From: Prevotella sp.
GTDB lineage: Bacteria; Bacteroidota; Bacteroidia; Bacteroidales; Dysgonomonadaceae
Assembly (NCBI GenBank): GCA_031285625.1
Contig: JAITVV010000092.1
Span: forward strand, 32,001-96,000
DNA length: 64,000 nt
Direction: 5' to 3'
The position numbers and the translations under genes are program-made. The notes beneath the pieces are model-generated. The model saw only the letters and a program-made list of their open reading frames with translations. It searched no databases and was not told the origin of the DNA. Position 1 is the first letter of the stretch; each line of letters begins with the position of its first letter. Below, piece by piece: positions 21,071 through 29,022 of the stretch.

Positions 21071-21314
21071 AATTTTCAATTTAGTTTGTGATTTACCTTA
21101 AATAATTAACTCAAATTTGTGATTTTCTCAAATCGCGGGGACAAAGGTCTTATAAATTAGTATATACAAAAAGTCCCAATAAGGATTAAAGATGTTCTAA
21201 AGTTCCTTTTTCCGATAAAAACGTGTATATTCAGCCAACCACATCTGTCCATATATTCTTATCCTATGTTCAAAAGTTCCCGTACAAAATAAAATGATAA
21301 TAAAGAAAAAAGAT

Positions 21315-21322
21315 TAAATTTG
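21315..21322 (+). promoter_or_regulatory. Bacteroidetes -7 element for the AraC gene
   Basis: TAAATTTG. Confidence 0.55.
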
Positions 21323-21354
21323 CATCTCCTGTAACAAAACGATATAAATACTAC

Positions 21355-22236
21355 ATGAAATTAGCGAAAATACAACTCGACGATATATCCGAACATATAG
21401 ATCCGTTTGCCATCAAAAACTTTATCATATCAGATAAAGCTGTAATATTCCCTCCCCTATCTTCAAACTTTCCATTTGTACTGGATGGTGTAGCTTTTGC
21501 CATTTGTATCGGAGGAAAAGCACGGATAAAGATAAATTTTAAAGAGTATGATATAGAGAAAAACATGATCATTACCATCATGCCCTATTTCGTTACCGAA
21601 TTTATAAGCAGGAGTGATGATTTAATGTTAGAATTTCTCATTTTCTCTATCGACTTTCTCACAGAGATGCCTACCGTCTCCAACTTTGATATATCAAAGA
21701 GCATAATGCAAGACTCATGCTTAAGAATTACAGAAGCCGATGCCGAAAAATATCTTGAGTTCCATACATTCATTGTAAAACAATATAAACGTAGGGATCA
21801 TCCTTTCAGAAAAGAAATGGCAAAAAGTTTATTATATGCAATGCTCGCCGAAATCGGAGGCATCTACTATAATACACTACAAAAAGATAACAATGAGCAG
21901 GATGTTATACCAACCTCACATCAGGAAGAGCTTATATCACGTTTCTTTAAGTTATTGTTATTGCATCACAAACAAGAGAGATCTCTTCAGTTCTATGCAG
22001 ATAAGATGTGCCTTACCACAAAATATCTATCCACAACAGTAAAAGAAAGAACAGGACGAACTGCCTTTGGCTGGATCAATGAAGCACTGATAGCATCATC
22101 TAAACATTTACTTAAAACCACTGATATGACTATATTGCAGATATCAGATGAAATGAGTTTTCCAAACGCTTCATTTTTTGGCCGTTTTTTTAAAAAGCAT
22201 ACCGGCATAACCCCTGTACAGTATAGAGAAAGTTAA
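21355..22236 (+). CDS. AraC family transcriptional regulator
   Basis: FYADKMCLTTKYLS and FPNASFFGRFFKKHTGITP HTH motifs. Confidence 0.93.
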   Translation: MKLAKIQLDDISEHIDPFAIKNFIISDKAVIFPPLSSNFPFVLDGVAFAICIGGKARIKINFKEYDIEKNMIITIMPYFVTEFISRSDDLMLEFLIFSIDFLTEMPTVSNFDISKSIMQDSCLRITEADAEKYLEFHTFIVKQYKRRDHPFRKEMAKSLLYAMLAEIGGIYYNTLQKDNNEQDVIPTSHQEELISRFFKLLLLHHKQERSLQFYADKMCLTTKYLSTTVKERTGRTAFGWINEALIASSKHLLKTTDMTILQISDEMSFPNASFFGRFFKKHTGITPVQYRES

Positions 22237-22380
22237 CATGAAAAATTTACCTTTTATAGGAAATTTTTTTCTTTATATTTGGTAAATGTAATGATGCAGA
22301 ACTAATGTCACTAGGATGACTTGTATGTCAGCAGCTTGAATTATGCTATCTAATCAAAAACCTAAATTAAATATACAATC

Positions 22381-22692
22381 ATGAATAAATGTCCTAACTG
22401 CGATGCAGAACTAACAGATAATCTAGGAGTTTGTAAAAAATGCAATTACAGCCTGTATGAAGGACGGGTAATCGGATATGAAGAAATGTATCCCGAAAAG
22501 AAAGAATTAAAATGTCTACGTTGCAATATTAAATTATTCTTTGCCGGGAACTTTCAGTTCCACGAAGGGATGAGAGTAGGCATACTGGGTAATCTGCTCG
22601 AAGGCTTGGGAAACAAAGAAAGCTTCGATCTGTATGTATGTTCCAAATGTGGTAAAGTGGAATTCTTCCTGCCAAAAGAAAAATATTATTGA
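22381..22692 (+). CDS. Hypothetical double zinc-ribbon protein
   Basis: Four CxxC pairs (CPNC, CKKC, CLRC, CSKC). Confidence 0.75.
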   Translation: MNKCPNCDAELTDNLGVCKKCNYSLYEGRVIGYEEMYPEKKELKCLRCNIKLFFAGNFQFHEGMRVGILGNLLEGLGNKESFDLYVCSKCGKVEFFLPKEKYY

Positions 22693-22979
22693 ATAAATTT
22701 TCTTAACAGGGGATGCTTTTCCATATCCTCATATTTCCGTACTATTACACCTAGTTTCTCAAATAGTTTACGGATCAGGGGATCTATATCCATTACATAA
22801 ACCTCTTTGATACGTTTGGTCAATAACCAAAGTGCCAAATAATTGACGTCCTTATTTACGATAATATCTTTTTCAACTTCTACTATCGATTTATTATCCG
22901 TATGTAATACAATTATCGGAATTGTATCGGTATAGGACTCGTCAATCTTATTATCTTTAAGGAGTAGGGCTATTCTCAT
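22686..22979 (-). CDS. Hypothetical protein, possible NifB/NifX-like fold
   Basis: 97-aa ATG ORF. The MRIAL...LWLL..RIKEVYV.DI....RKLFEKLGVIV pattern loosely resembles that fold. Confidence 0.6.
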   Translation of the reverse strand: MRIALLLKDNKIDESYTDTIPIIVLHTDNKSIVEVEKDIIVNKDVNYLALWLLTKRIKEVYVMDIDPLIRKLFEKLGVIVRKYEDMEKHPLLRKFIQ

Positions 22980-23149
22980 AAGACTAACTTTTAAGTAATT
23001 AAGTAAAGATCACTAATATAAACGGTTAACAAATGTCCCGATCTACGGAAGATATGTTCTAAAAGGGGCATAATTATACAATATGAACAAAATAGCTCTA
23101 TATAATGTTCTAAAAGTAAATATACTACATAAAATTAAAAAGAAACATT

Positions 23150-23422
23150 ATGAAGAAACTTTTAATTGGAGCAGCAGCAGGAATAGGTCTTGCTCTTGTA
23201 ATTTATAAATTGGCAGAGAGTGGAAAACTAGATTGTGTATGCGATGATCTGGATAAACTATCGGGCCAGGCTAAAAAGAAAATCAAAGATGGTATTGACG
23301 TTGGTAAAAATCAACTGGAATACTTAAAAGAGCGTGCTGCTTTCAAATCAGAACAGTTAAGCGAAATAGCTGATGAAGTAGAAAAAAAGGTGATGGATAA
23401 ACTGAATAAAGCTAAAAGCTGA
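23150..23422 (+). CDS. Small YtxH-like membrane-anchored helical protein
   Basis: LLIGAAAGIGLALV TM followed by a charged coiled coil. Confidence 0.65.
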   Translation: MKKLLIGAAAGIGLALVIYKLAESGKLDCVCDDLDKLSGQAKKKIKDGIDVGKNQLEYLKERAAFKSEQLSEIADEVEKKVMDKLNKAKS

Positions 23423-23449
23423 TTCTGTAATTACTTATTTATGGATGAT

Positions 23450-23485
23450 AAAAGTGGGTTATGCCAGATAGTATAACCCACTTTT
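23450..23485. terminator. Bidirectional terminator
   Basis: aaaagtgggttat...ataacccactttt inverted repeat between convergent genes. Confidence 0.85.
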
Positions 23486-23507
23486 ACTATTATGGTCAAA
23501 TCAAATA

Positions 23508-24524
23508 TCACATTACCACCCTAGAAAACGGAGCCGCCCCCATAGAGCAAAAATCATTGTCTAAATATTTGAAATAGCCGGATATAGCTATCATAGCTGC
23601 ATTATCTGTAGTATAGCCAAAGGGAGGAATATGTATCTTCCAGCCATATCGCTTGGCATGATCTTCGAATGCTGTACGAAGCCCTGAATTAGCAGAGACC
23701 CCACCGGCGACAGCAACCTCCTTTATGTTTAAGTCTTTAGCAGCACGACGCAATTGCTCCATTAATACATCTATGATTGTTTTTTGTAACGATGCACATA
23801 AGTCCTCTTTATTCTTTTCAATAAAGTCAGGATCTTTCTTTATTTCATCTCTCAATAGATATAGGAATGAGGTTTTCAATCCGCTAAAGCTATAATCATA
23901 CCCTTGTATATGTGGCTTGTTCAATTTGAACTTTGTAGGATCCCCTACTTTTGCCAGCCGATCGACAACAGGACCACCGGGATAACCCAGTCCCATTACT
24001 TTAGCACACTTGTCAAATGCTTCACCGGCGGCATCATCAATAGTTTGCCCTATAATTTCCATATCCTTATAAGACTTCACTAGTATAATCTGAGAATTAC
24101 CTCCCGATACCAGCAAGCATAAGAACGGAAACTGAGGCTCATGATTGTCCTCTTTATTCTCCTTAATAAAATGAGCCAAAACATGCCCATGCAAATGATT
24201 TACATCAATCATTGGAATATTTAATGCTGACGAAAGTCCTTTTGCAAAAGATGTGCCTACAAGTAAAGACCCCATAAGTCCGGGTCCACGGGTAAATGCT
24301 ATTGCAGACAAGTCTTCTTTATTTATCCCTGCCTTCTTTATTGCCTGATCCACCACAGGAATTATATTCTGCTGATGAGCCCGGGATGCCAGTTCAGGAA
24401 CAACACCACCATAGGATTCGTGTACCTTCTGGCTGGATATAATATTTGATAAAAGAACCCCATCCTGTATTACAGCGGCAGCTGTATCATCACAAGATGA
24501 TTCTATTCCTAGTATAATTGCCAT
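23508..24524 (-). CDS. tsaD: tRNA N6-threonylcarbamoyladenosine synthase subunit
   Basis: GIESSCDDT, GGVVPELASRAH, HLHGH, TIDDAAGEAFDK and TDNAAMIA. Confidence 0.97.
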   Translation of the reverse strand: MAIILGIESSCDDTAAAVIQDGVLLSNIISSQKVHESYGGVVPELASRAHQQNIIPVVDQAIKKAGINKEDLSAIAFTRGPGLMGSLLVGTSFAKGLSSALNIPMIDVNHLHGHVLAHFIKENKEDNHEPQFPFLCLLVSGGNSQIILVKSYKDMEIIGQTIDDAAGEAFDKCAKVMGLGYPGGPVVDRLAKVGDPTKFKLNKPHIQGYDYSFSGLKTSFLYLLRDEIKKDPDFIEKNKEDLCASLQKTIIDVLMEQLRRAAKDLNIKEVAVAGGVSANSGLRTAFEDHAKRYGWKIHIPPFGYTTDNAAMIAISGYFKYLDNDFCSMGAAPFSRVVM

Positions 24525-24696
24525 TAATTATATTTATTACTGTTTCTTATTAAAAATTGCTTTCTATCTTTGTATGTATCTAAATAATATATAGTTGATT
24601 TTTCAGTTATAACATTATAGATACATACTCGAAAAGCAAAACAAAATTAGGAAATATAAATTATCTTCGCAAAGAAGAAATCTTAAAAGGAAATAA

Positions 24697-25689
24697 ATGA
24701 AAAATATAATTTATTTAGTGAGTTTTACTATAATATCTTTTATTGGTTGTTCGGGAACTGTTAAGGGTGACAGCAAGCAGATACAGCAAGACAAAATATC
24801 AATTATACGTTTTGATAAAGATGTATATAATTATTTACAGCAACCTGATACTGAAAAGGAAAATAATCTGAAAGAAAAATATACGGAACTACTTCCGGCA
24901 TTTGGACAGATAGCGATGGAGCATAATGATGGCACTACCCTCTTCCCTGCTCTAAGAGATTACTTTTCAAATCCGGTATTATTAAATATATATAAAGACG
25001 CGCTGGATAAATATAAGGATCTTTCGTCATACGAAAATGAACTTTCGTCAGTAAATAATATAATAGAAGATCAGTTTACAGGTAAGAAATTACCCCTACT
25101 GGCAATGCATGTGTCCGGATTCAGGGAAAATGTTATAATTACAAATAATCTGATATCTATATCTACCGACAGATACCTGGGTAGCGAATACCAGGCATAT
25201 ATGGAGTTCTTCCAACCTTACGAAAGACAGCAAATGCAGCCAAAATACATAGTTAGAGATTACCTCAGAGCATGGCTGATGAGTGATATCATACAACACG
25301 GATCTGACTCTGAGAATCTTTTAACAGCCATGGTAAATGAAGGTAAAGTTTTATATGCATTATCGGTTTTATTACCCAATTATGATATAAACGATGTTAT
25401 AGGTTACACTTCCGATCAAACTAAATGGTGTAAAGACAATGAAAAAAACGTATGGCAGACCATTGTAAAACAGAACTATCTGTATTCTACAGACCATATG
25501 CTTATTACACGACTGATTAATGATGCTGCATCTACTTCGGTGGTCTCTCCTCAATCTCCGGGACGCGTAGGAGTCTGGATGGGATGGCAGATAGTAAATC
25601 AATATGCAAAAAATAAAGGCTTCCTATTAGAAGACATTCTTTTGATGGATGCGCAGACAATACTGAAAGGAGCAAAATATAATCCGTAA
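24697..25689 (+). CDS. gldB: GldB-like lipoprotein
   Basis: Lipobox FIGC, IIRFDKD, ISTDRYLG, GKVLY and SPGRVGVWMGWQIV. Confidence 0.75.
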   Translation: MKNIIYLVSFTIISFIGCSGTVKGDSKQIQQDKISIIRFDKDVYNYLQQPDTEKENNLKEKYTELLPAFGQIAMEHNDGTTLFPALRDYFSNPVLLNIYKDALDKYKDLSSYENELSSVNNIIEDQFTGKKLPLLAMHVSGFRENVIITNNLISISTDRYLGSEYQAYMEFFQPYERQQMQPKYIVRDYLRAWLMSDIIQHGSDSENLLTAMVNEGKVLYALSVLLPNYDINDVIGYTSDQTKWCKDNEKNVWQTIVKQNYLYSTDHMLITRLINDAASTSVVSPQSPGRVGVWMGWQIVNQYAKNKGFLLEDILLMDAQTILKGAKYNP

Positions 25690-25693
25690 CTAC

Positions 25694-26138
25694 ATGCACA
25701 ATAGTTATTTCTATAATTTGTTTTTTAATTTTGAGAGTGCGATCAGTAAGAAAGAACTAAGCCTGGGGCTTATCACTGTATTTTTTACTATGGATACTCT
25801 TTCTTAATATTCCGTTTATAAATATTTCGATCCCGATTATTTATTATATAGTTATTATTGCTACCGTCATTATTCTGCTATATGTGCCTTATATATTTGC
25901 TATTAAATATCATAAAGGTTTAGAATATACATCATCAGGCAGATTAACAGGATTAGGCACAAGTTTATTCTTCCCTGGCTTGATGTACTTACTTACGTTA
26001 TGTGGGTCAATAATAGAAAAAGGATCGAATAAAAACTATTACGGACTGGAACTATCTGAACAGATATTCCTTTCAATCTCATTAGCTGGAATATTCTTTG
26101 GTATAATATCTATCTATAACCTATTAAAACAGGAATAG
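25694..26138 (+). pseudogene. Frameshifted membrane protein gene (DUF805-like), or an assembly error
   Basis: The ATG 25694 frame (MHNSYFYNLFFNFESAISKKELSLGLITVF) joins the 25884-frame ORF (LLWILFLNIPF...) if one T is removed from the T6 run at 25781-25786, giving 147 aa. Confidence 0.6.
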
Positions 26139-26375
26139 AAAAGTTCTGATCACGACTTTTTATAAAAAGTGACAAAAGTAACAGGTTTTTATATATTATT
26201 TCGCGTTACTTTTTCTCATCTGTCTGTAATACTTAAAATTGTTTCATTATATCAAATATCTCTACATTAGATAATTTCCACAAAAAGATATAATGAATAA
26301 ATATTGCTGTTCTGATTTACAATAGTTATTAACATCTTGTTCAAAACTTAAATCTTTCTGATGCGTTATTTATTT

Positions 26376-26383
26376 TATCTTTG
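26376..26383 (+). promoter_or_regulatory. Bacteroidetes -7 element for dnaB
   Basis: TATCTTTG. Confidence 0.6.
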
Positions 26384-26418
26384 AATAAAATTAAGAGAGG
26401 GGGAACATAGATAAAAAA

Positions 26419-27936
26419 ATGGCAGATTCAAACAAGAACCAGGGAAGACGAAAACCAAAAGAAACAACATTAATCCCAGACATAGGAAAAATACAACCTC
26501 AGGCTCGAGAACTCGAAGAAGCAATACTCGGCGCCCTAATGCTAGAAAAAGATGCTTACTCGCTTGTCAGCGATATCCTGAAACCTGAAAGTTTCTACGA
26601 TAATATACATCAAACTATTTATAGGGCAATTGTAGATTTAGCTGTTCGTCAGGCACCGATCGATATGCTTACTGTGGTAGAGCAGTTAAAAAAAGATGGA
26701 GAACTAGAGGCTGTTGGTGGTCCTGTATATATAGCCCAGCTAACAGAGAAAGTTGCTTCTGCAGCACATATTGAATTCCATGCACGCATTATTGCACAAA
26801 AATACCTGGCACGGGAATTAATATCTTTTTCGTCACATGTTACCAATAAGGCTTTTGATGAAACATCAGATGTGGACGACCTCATGCAGGAAGCCGAAAG
26901 TAAGTTGTTTGAGATATCTCAGCGAAATGTAAAGAAAGATGTGACCCAGATAAATCCGGTTATCAAAGAAGCTTTGCATTTGCTCGAAATCGCAGCAAGC
27001 AGGGACGACGGTTTAAGTGGATTAGAGACAGGCTTCACACCCTTGGATAAGATTACCTCCGGATGGCAAAACTCTGACCTTGTGATTATTGCTGCCCGCC
27101 CCGCAATGGGTAAAACAGCATTTGTATTATCTATGGCTAAAAATATGGCTGTATCATACAAACACCCTGTTGCTCTTTTCTCTCTTGAGATGTCGAATGT
27201 ACAGTTAGTAAACCGTCTGATTGTAAATACTTGCGAGATTCCGGGTGAAAAAATCAAAAACGGGCAGCTACTACCATATGAGTGGGAACAGCTCGACTTC
27301 AAGATAAAAGAACTATACGACGCTCCATTATACATTGATGATACTCCCAGCTTATCTGTTTTTGAATTAAGAACCAAAGCCCGCAGGCTTGTCCGTGAGC
27401 ATGGAGTTAAAATAATTATTATCGACTACCTGCAGCTGATGAATGCCAGTGGTATGCAATATGGTAGCCGCGAACAGGAAGTAAGTATGATATCCCGTTC
27501 ACTAAAAGGTTTGGCAAAGGAATTGAATATACCGATTATCGCCCTATCGCAGCTCAATCGTGGTGTAGAAGGCCGTACAGGAGCTGAAGGCAAGCGTCCG
27601 CAGTTATCAGACTTACGTGAATCGGGTGCCATCGAACAGGATGCCGATATGGTTTGTTTCATTCACCGTCCCGAATATTACAAGATACTCGAAGATGACA
27701 AGGGTAACTCCCTGATAGGCTTAGCAGAAATAATTATAGCAAAACACCGTAATGGTGCCACCGGAGATGTCTTACTCCGCTTTAAAAGTGAATTTGCCCG
27801 TTTTCAGAATATTGATGACGATTACAACTTCGGCGCAGGCCAACAGTTCTCTTCCAAGATTAATAACGACCCCATCAGTTCCGCTCCAGAAGCACACCCT
27901 ATGCAAGGAGGAGGAAACGATTTTGTACCATTCTAA
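26419..27936 (+). CDS. dnaB: Replicative DNA helicase
   Basis: AARPAMGKT, IIDYLQLM and DLRESGAIEQDAD. No intein-sized insertion. Confidence 0.98.
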   Translation: MADSNKNQGRRKPKETTLIPDIGKIQPQARELEEAILGALMLEKDAYSLVSDILKPESFYDNIHQTIYRAIVDLAVRQAPIDMLTVVEQLKKDGELEAVGGPVYIAQLTEKVASAAHIEFHARIIAQKYLARELISFSSHVTNKAFDETSDVDDLMQEAESKLFEISQRNVKKDVTQINPVIKEALHLLEIAASRDDGLSGLETGFTPLDKITSGWQNSDLVIIAARPAMGKTAFVLSMAKNMAVSYKHPVALFSLEMSNVQLVNRLIVNTCEIPGEKIKNGQLLPYEWEQLDFKIKELYDAPLYIDDTPSLSVFELRTKARRLVREHGVKIIIIDYLQLMNASGMQYGSREQEVSMISRSLKGLAKELNIPIIALSQLNRGVEGRTGAEGKRPQLSDLRESGAIEQDADMVCFIHRPEYYKILEDDKGNSLIGLAEIIIAKHRNGATGDVLLRFKSEFARFQNIDDDYNFGAGQQFSSKINNDPISSAPEAHPMQGGGNDFVPF

Positions 27937-27937
27937 A

Positions 27938-27967
27938 ATTCTTTTCGGATTACAAATCCGAAAGAAT
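27938..27967 (+). terminator. Hairpin after dnaB, possible terminator
   Basis: attcttttcggat-tacaa-atccgaaagaat, with a weak U-tail. Confidence 0.5.
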
Positions 27968-28110
27968 AGAGTAAGTATGTGTACCTAACTAGTGTAAGTA
28001 TCTTGTCCGCGTTTATAAAAACCATTTTTGTTTTGCAGCACAGACTATAAACATATATGAGTAAGAATAATTACTATCTTTAAAACTTTACCATAAAAAC
28101 ACAAGTTATA

Positions 28111-28932
28111 ATGGACGCAAAACAATTATTCAGACTATATCAAAATAAATATCATTTGACAAACTGGTTAAATGAGAATGGTGAATTAGCCCAGAAAGAA
28201 GGTGATGTAAAATGGTCTTACTGCGGAGTTAGCAAAGATTTTAAAAGTGAAATTGTTAGTCAGGCAATAAACAATACTTTTACAGAGGATGAACTCTATT
28301 TGTGTATTTCTTCCAATAAAAGTTCATTGGTTTTAAAATCGATAGTTGTTGATGAAATTGGCAATATCCTACATAAAAAGGAAGTCGGTATAATGAATAA
28401 ATCGTGTACAACAATCCTGTTTTTTAGTCAATATGGAACATTTAAAAGCGGAATAATCAGAGAGTTTCCCGATAGTCGGCCAAGACCAACAGGAATTCCT
28501 TTAAAAGTAGCATTCCATGCAAACATGATAGAAAAAAGTACAAAGAAAGTTGCTGAAATCATTAGTAATCATTTTGGTAATCTTGAAATGGAGCTAAACA
28601 AGGATTATGGAGGGCCTATGGAACACCTCTGGATTGATGTAGAATTGGTTAGCAGTCATGATGCGTGGCCCTTTCGATTTCAGAAAAGAGTTAATAACCC
28701 AACTTCGTATACTGAATTTTACTCCTATAATGTAGGGCATTATAGTATTAAACCGAATTTTGAAAAGTTGAGAGAATTATCGTCCGATGAAGCAATTTGT
28801 TCATACGTATTTGGGTTGTTGTATGAATCTACCCAAATCTTAATTGATAAACAGAAAAAGCTAGAAGGATTTAATGCAACTGCATTTCGATTAGATTTCC
28901 TATCTGCTTGTAAGAATTGGGGTACTCTTTAG
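28111..28932 (+). CDS. Hypothetical protein with a C-terminal immunity-protein-like half
   Basis: 273-aa ATG ORF. DYGG.MEHLWID...FN...FR.DF pattern in the C-terminal half. Confidence 0.7.
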   Translation: MDAKQLFRLYQNKYHLTNWLNENGELAQKEGDVKWSYCGVSKDFKSEIVSQAINNTFTEDELYLCISSNKSSLVLKSIVVDEIGNILHKKEVGIMNKSCTTILFFSQYGTFKSGIIREFPDSRPRPTGIPLKVAFHANMIEKSTKKVAEIISNHFGNLEMELNKDYGGPMEHLWIDVELVSSHDAWPFRFQKRVNNPTSYTEFYSYNVGHYSIKPNFEKLRELSSDEAICSYVFGLLYESTQILIDKQKKLEGFNATAFRLDFLSACKNWGTL

Positions 28933-28965
28933 ATTCCTAAATATTATTACATTCACTATTATAAT

Positions 28966-29001
28966 AACAGAGGCTGATCAATCAAATGATCAGCCTCTGT
29001 T
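28966..29001. terminator. Terminator hairpin between convergent genes (secDF end)
   Basis: Perfect 15-bp stem: aacagaggctgatca / tgatcagcctctgtt. Confidence 0.85.
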
Positions 29002-29022
29002 CGAAAAGATAATATTTAAGTT

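Noticed and set aside
24697-25689. gldB as evidence of gliding motility
   Set aside because: GldB-like genes occur in non-gliding Bacteroidales, and no other gld or spr genes are in the window.
26165-26213. aaaagtgac/aaaagtaac tandem plus gttactttt inverted copy upstream of dnaB
   Set aside because: The repeats are short and AT-rich, cannot be told from chance, and are not DnaA boxes.
26649-27662. Several antisense ORFs within dnaB, and similar ones in accC, moxR and the adhesin genes
   Set aside because: They are shadow ORFs produced by the codon bias of conserved genes.
26419-27936. Possible intein in DnaB
   Set aside because: The length (505 aa) and continuous motifs leave no room for one.
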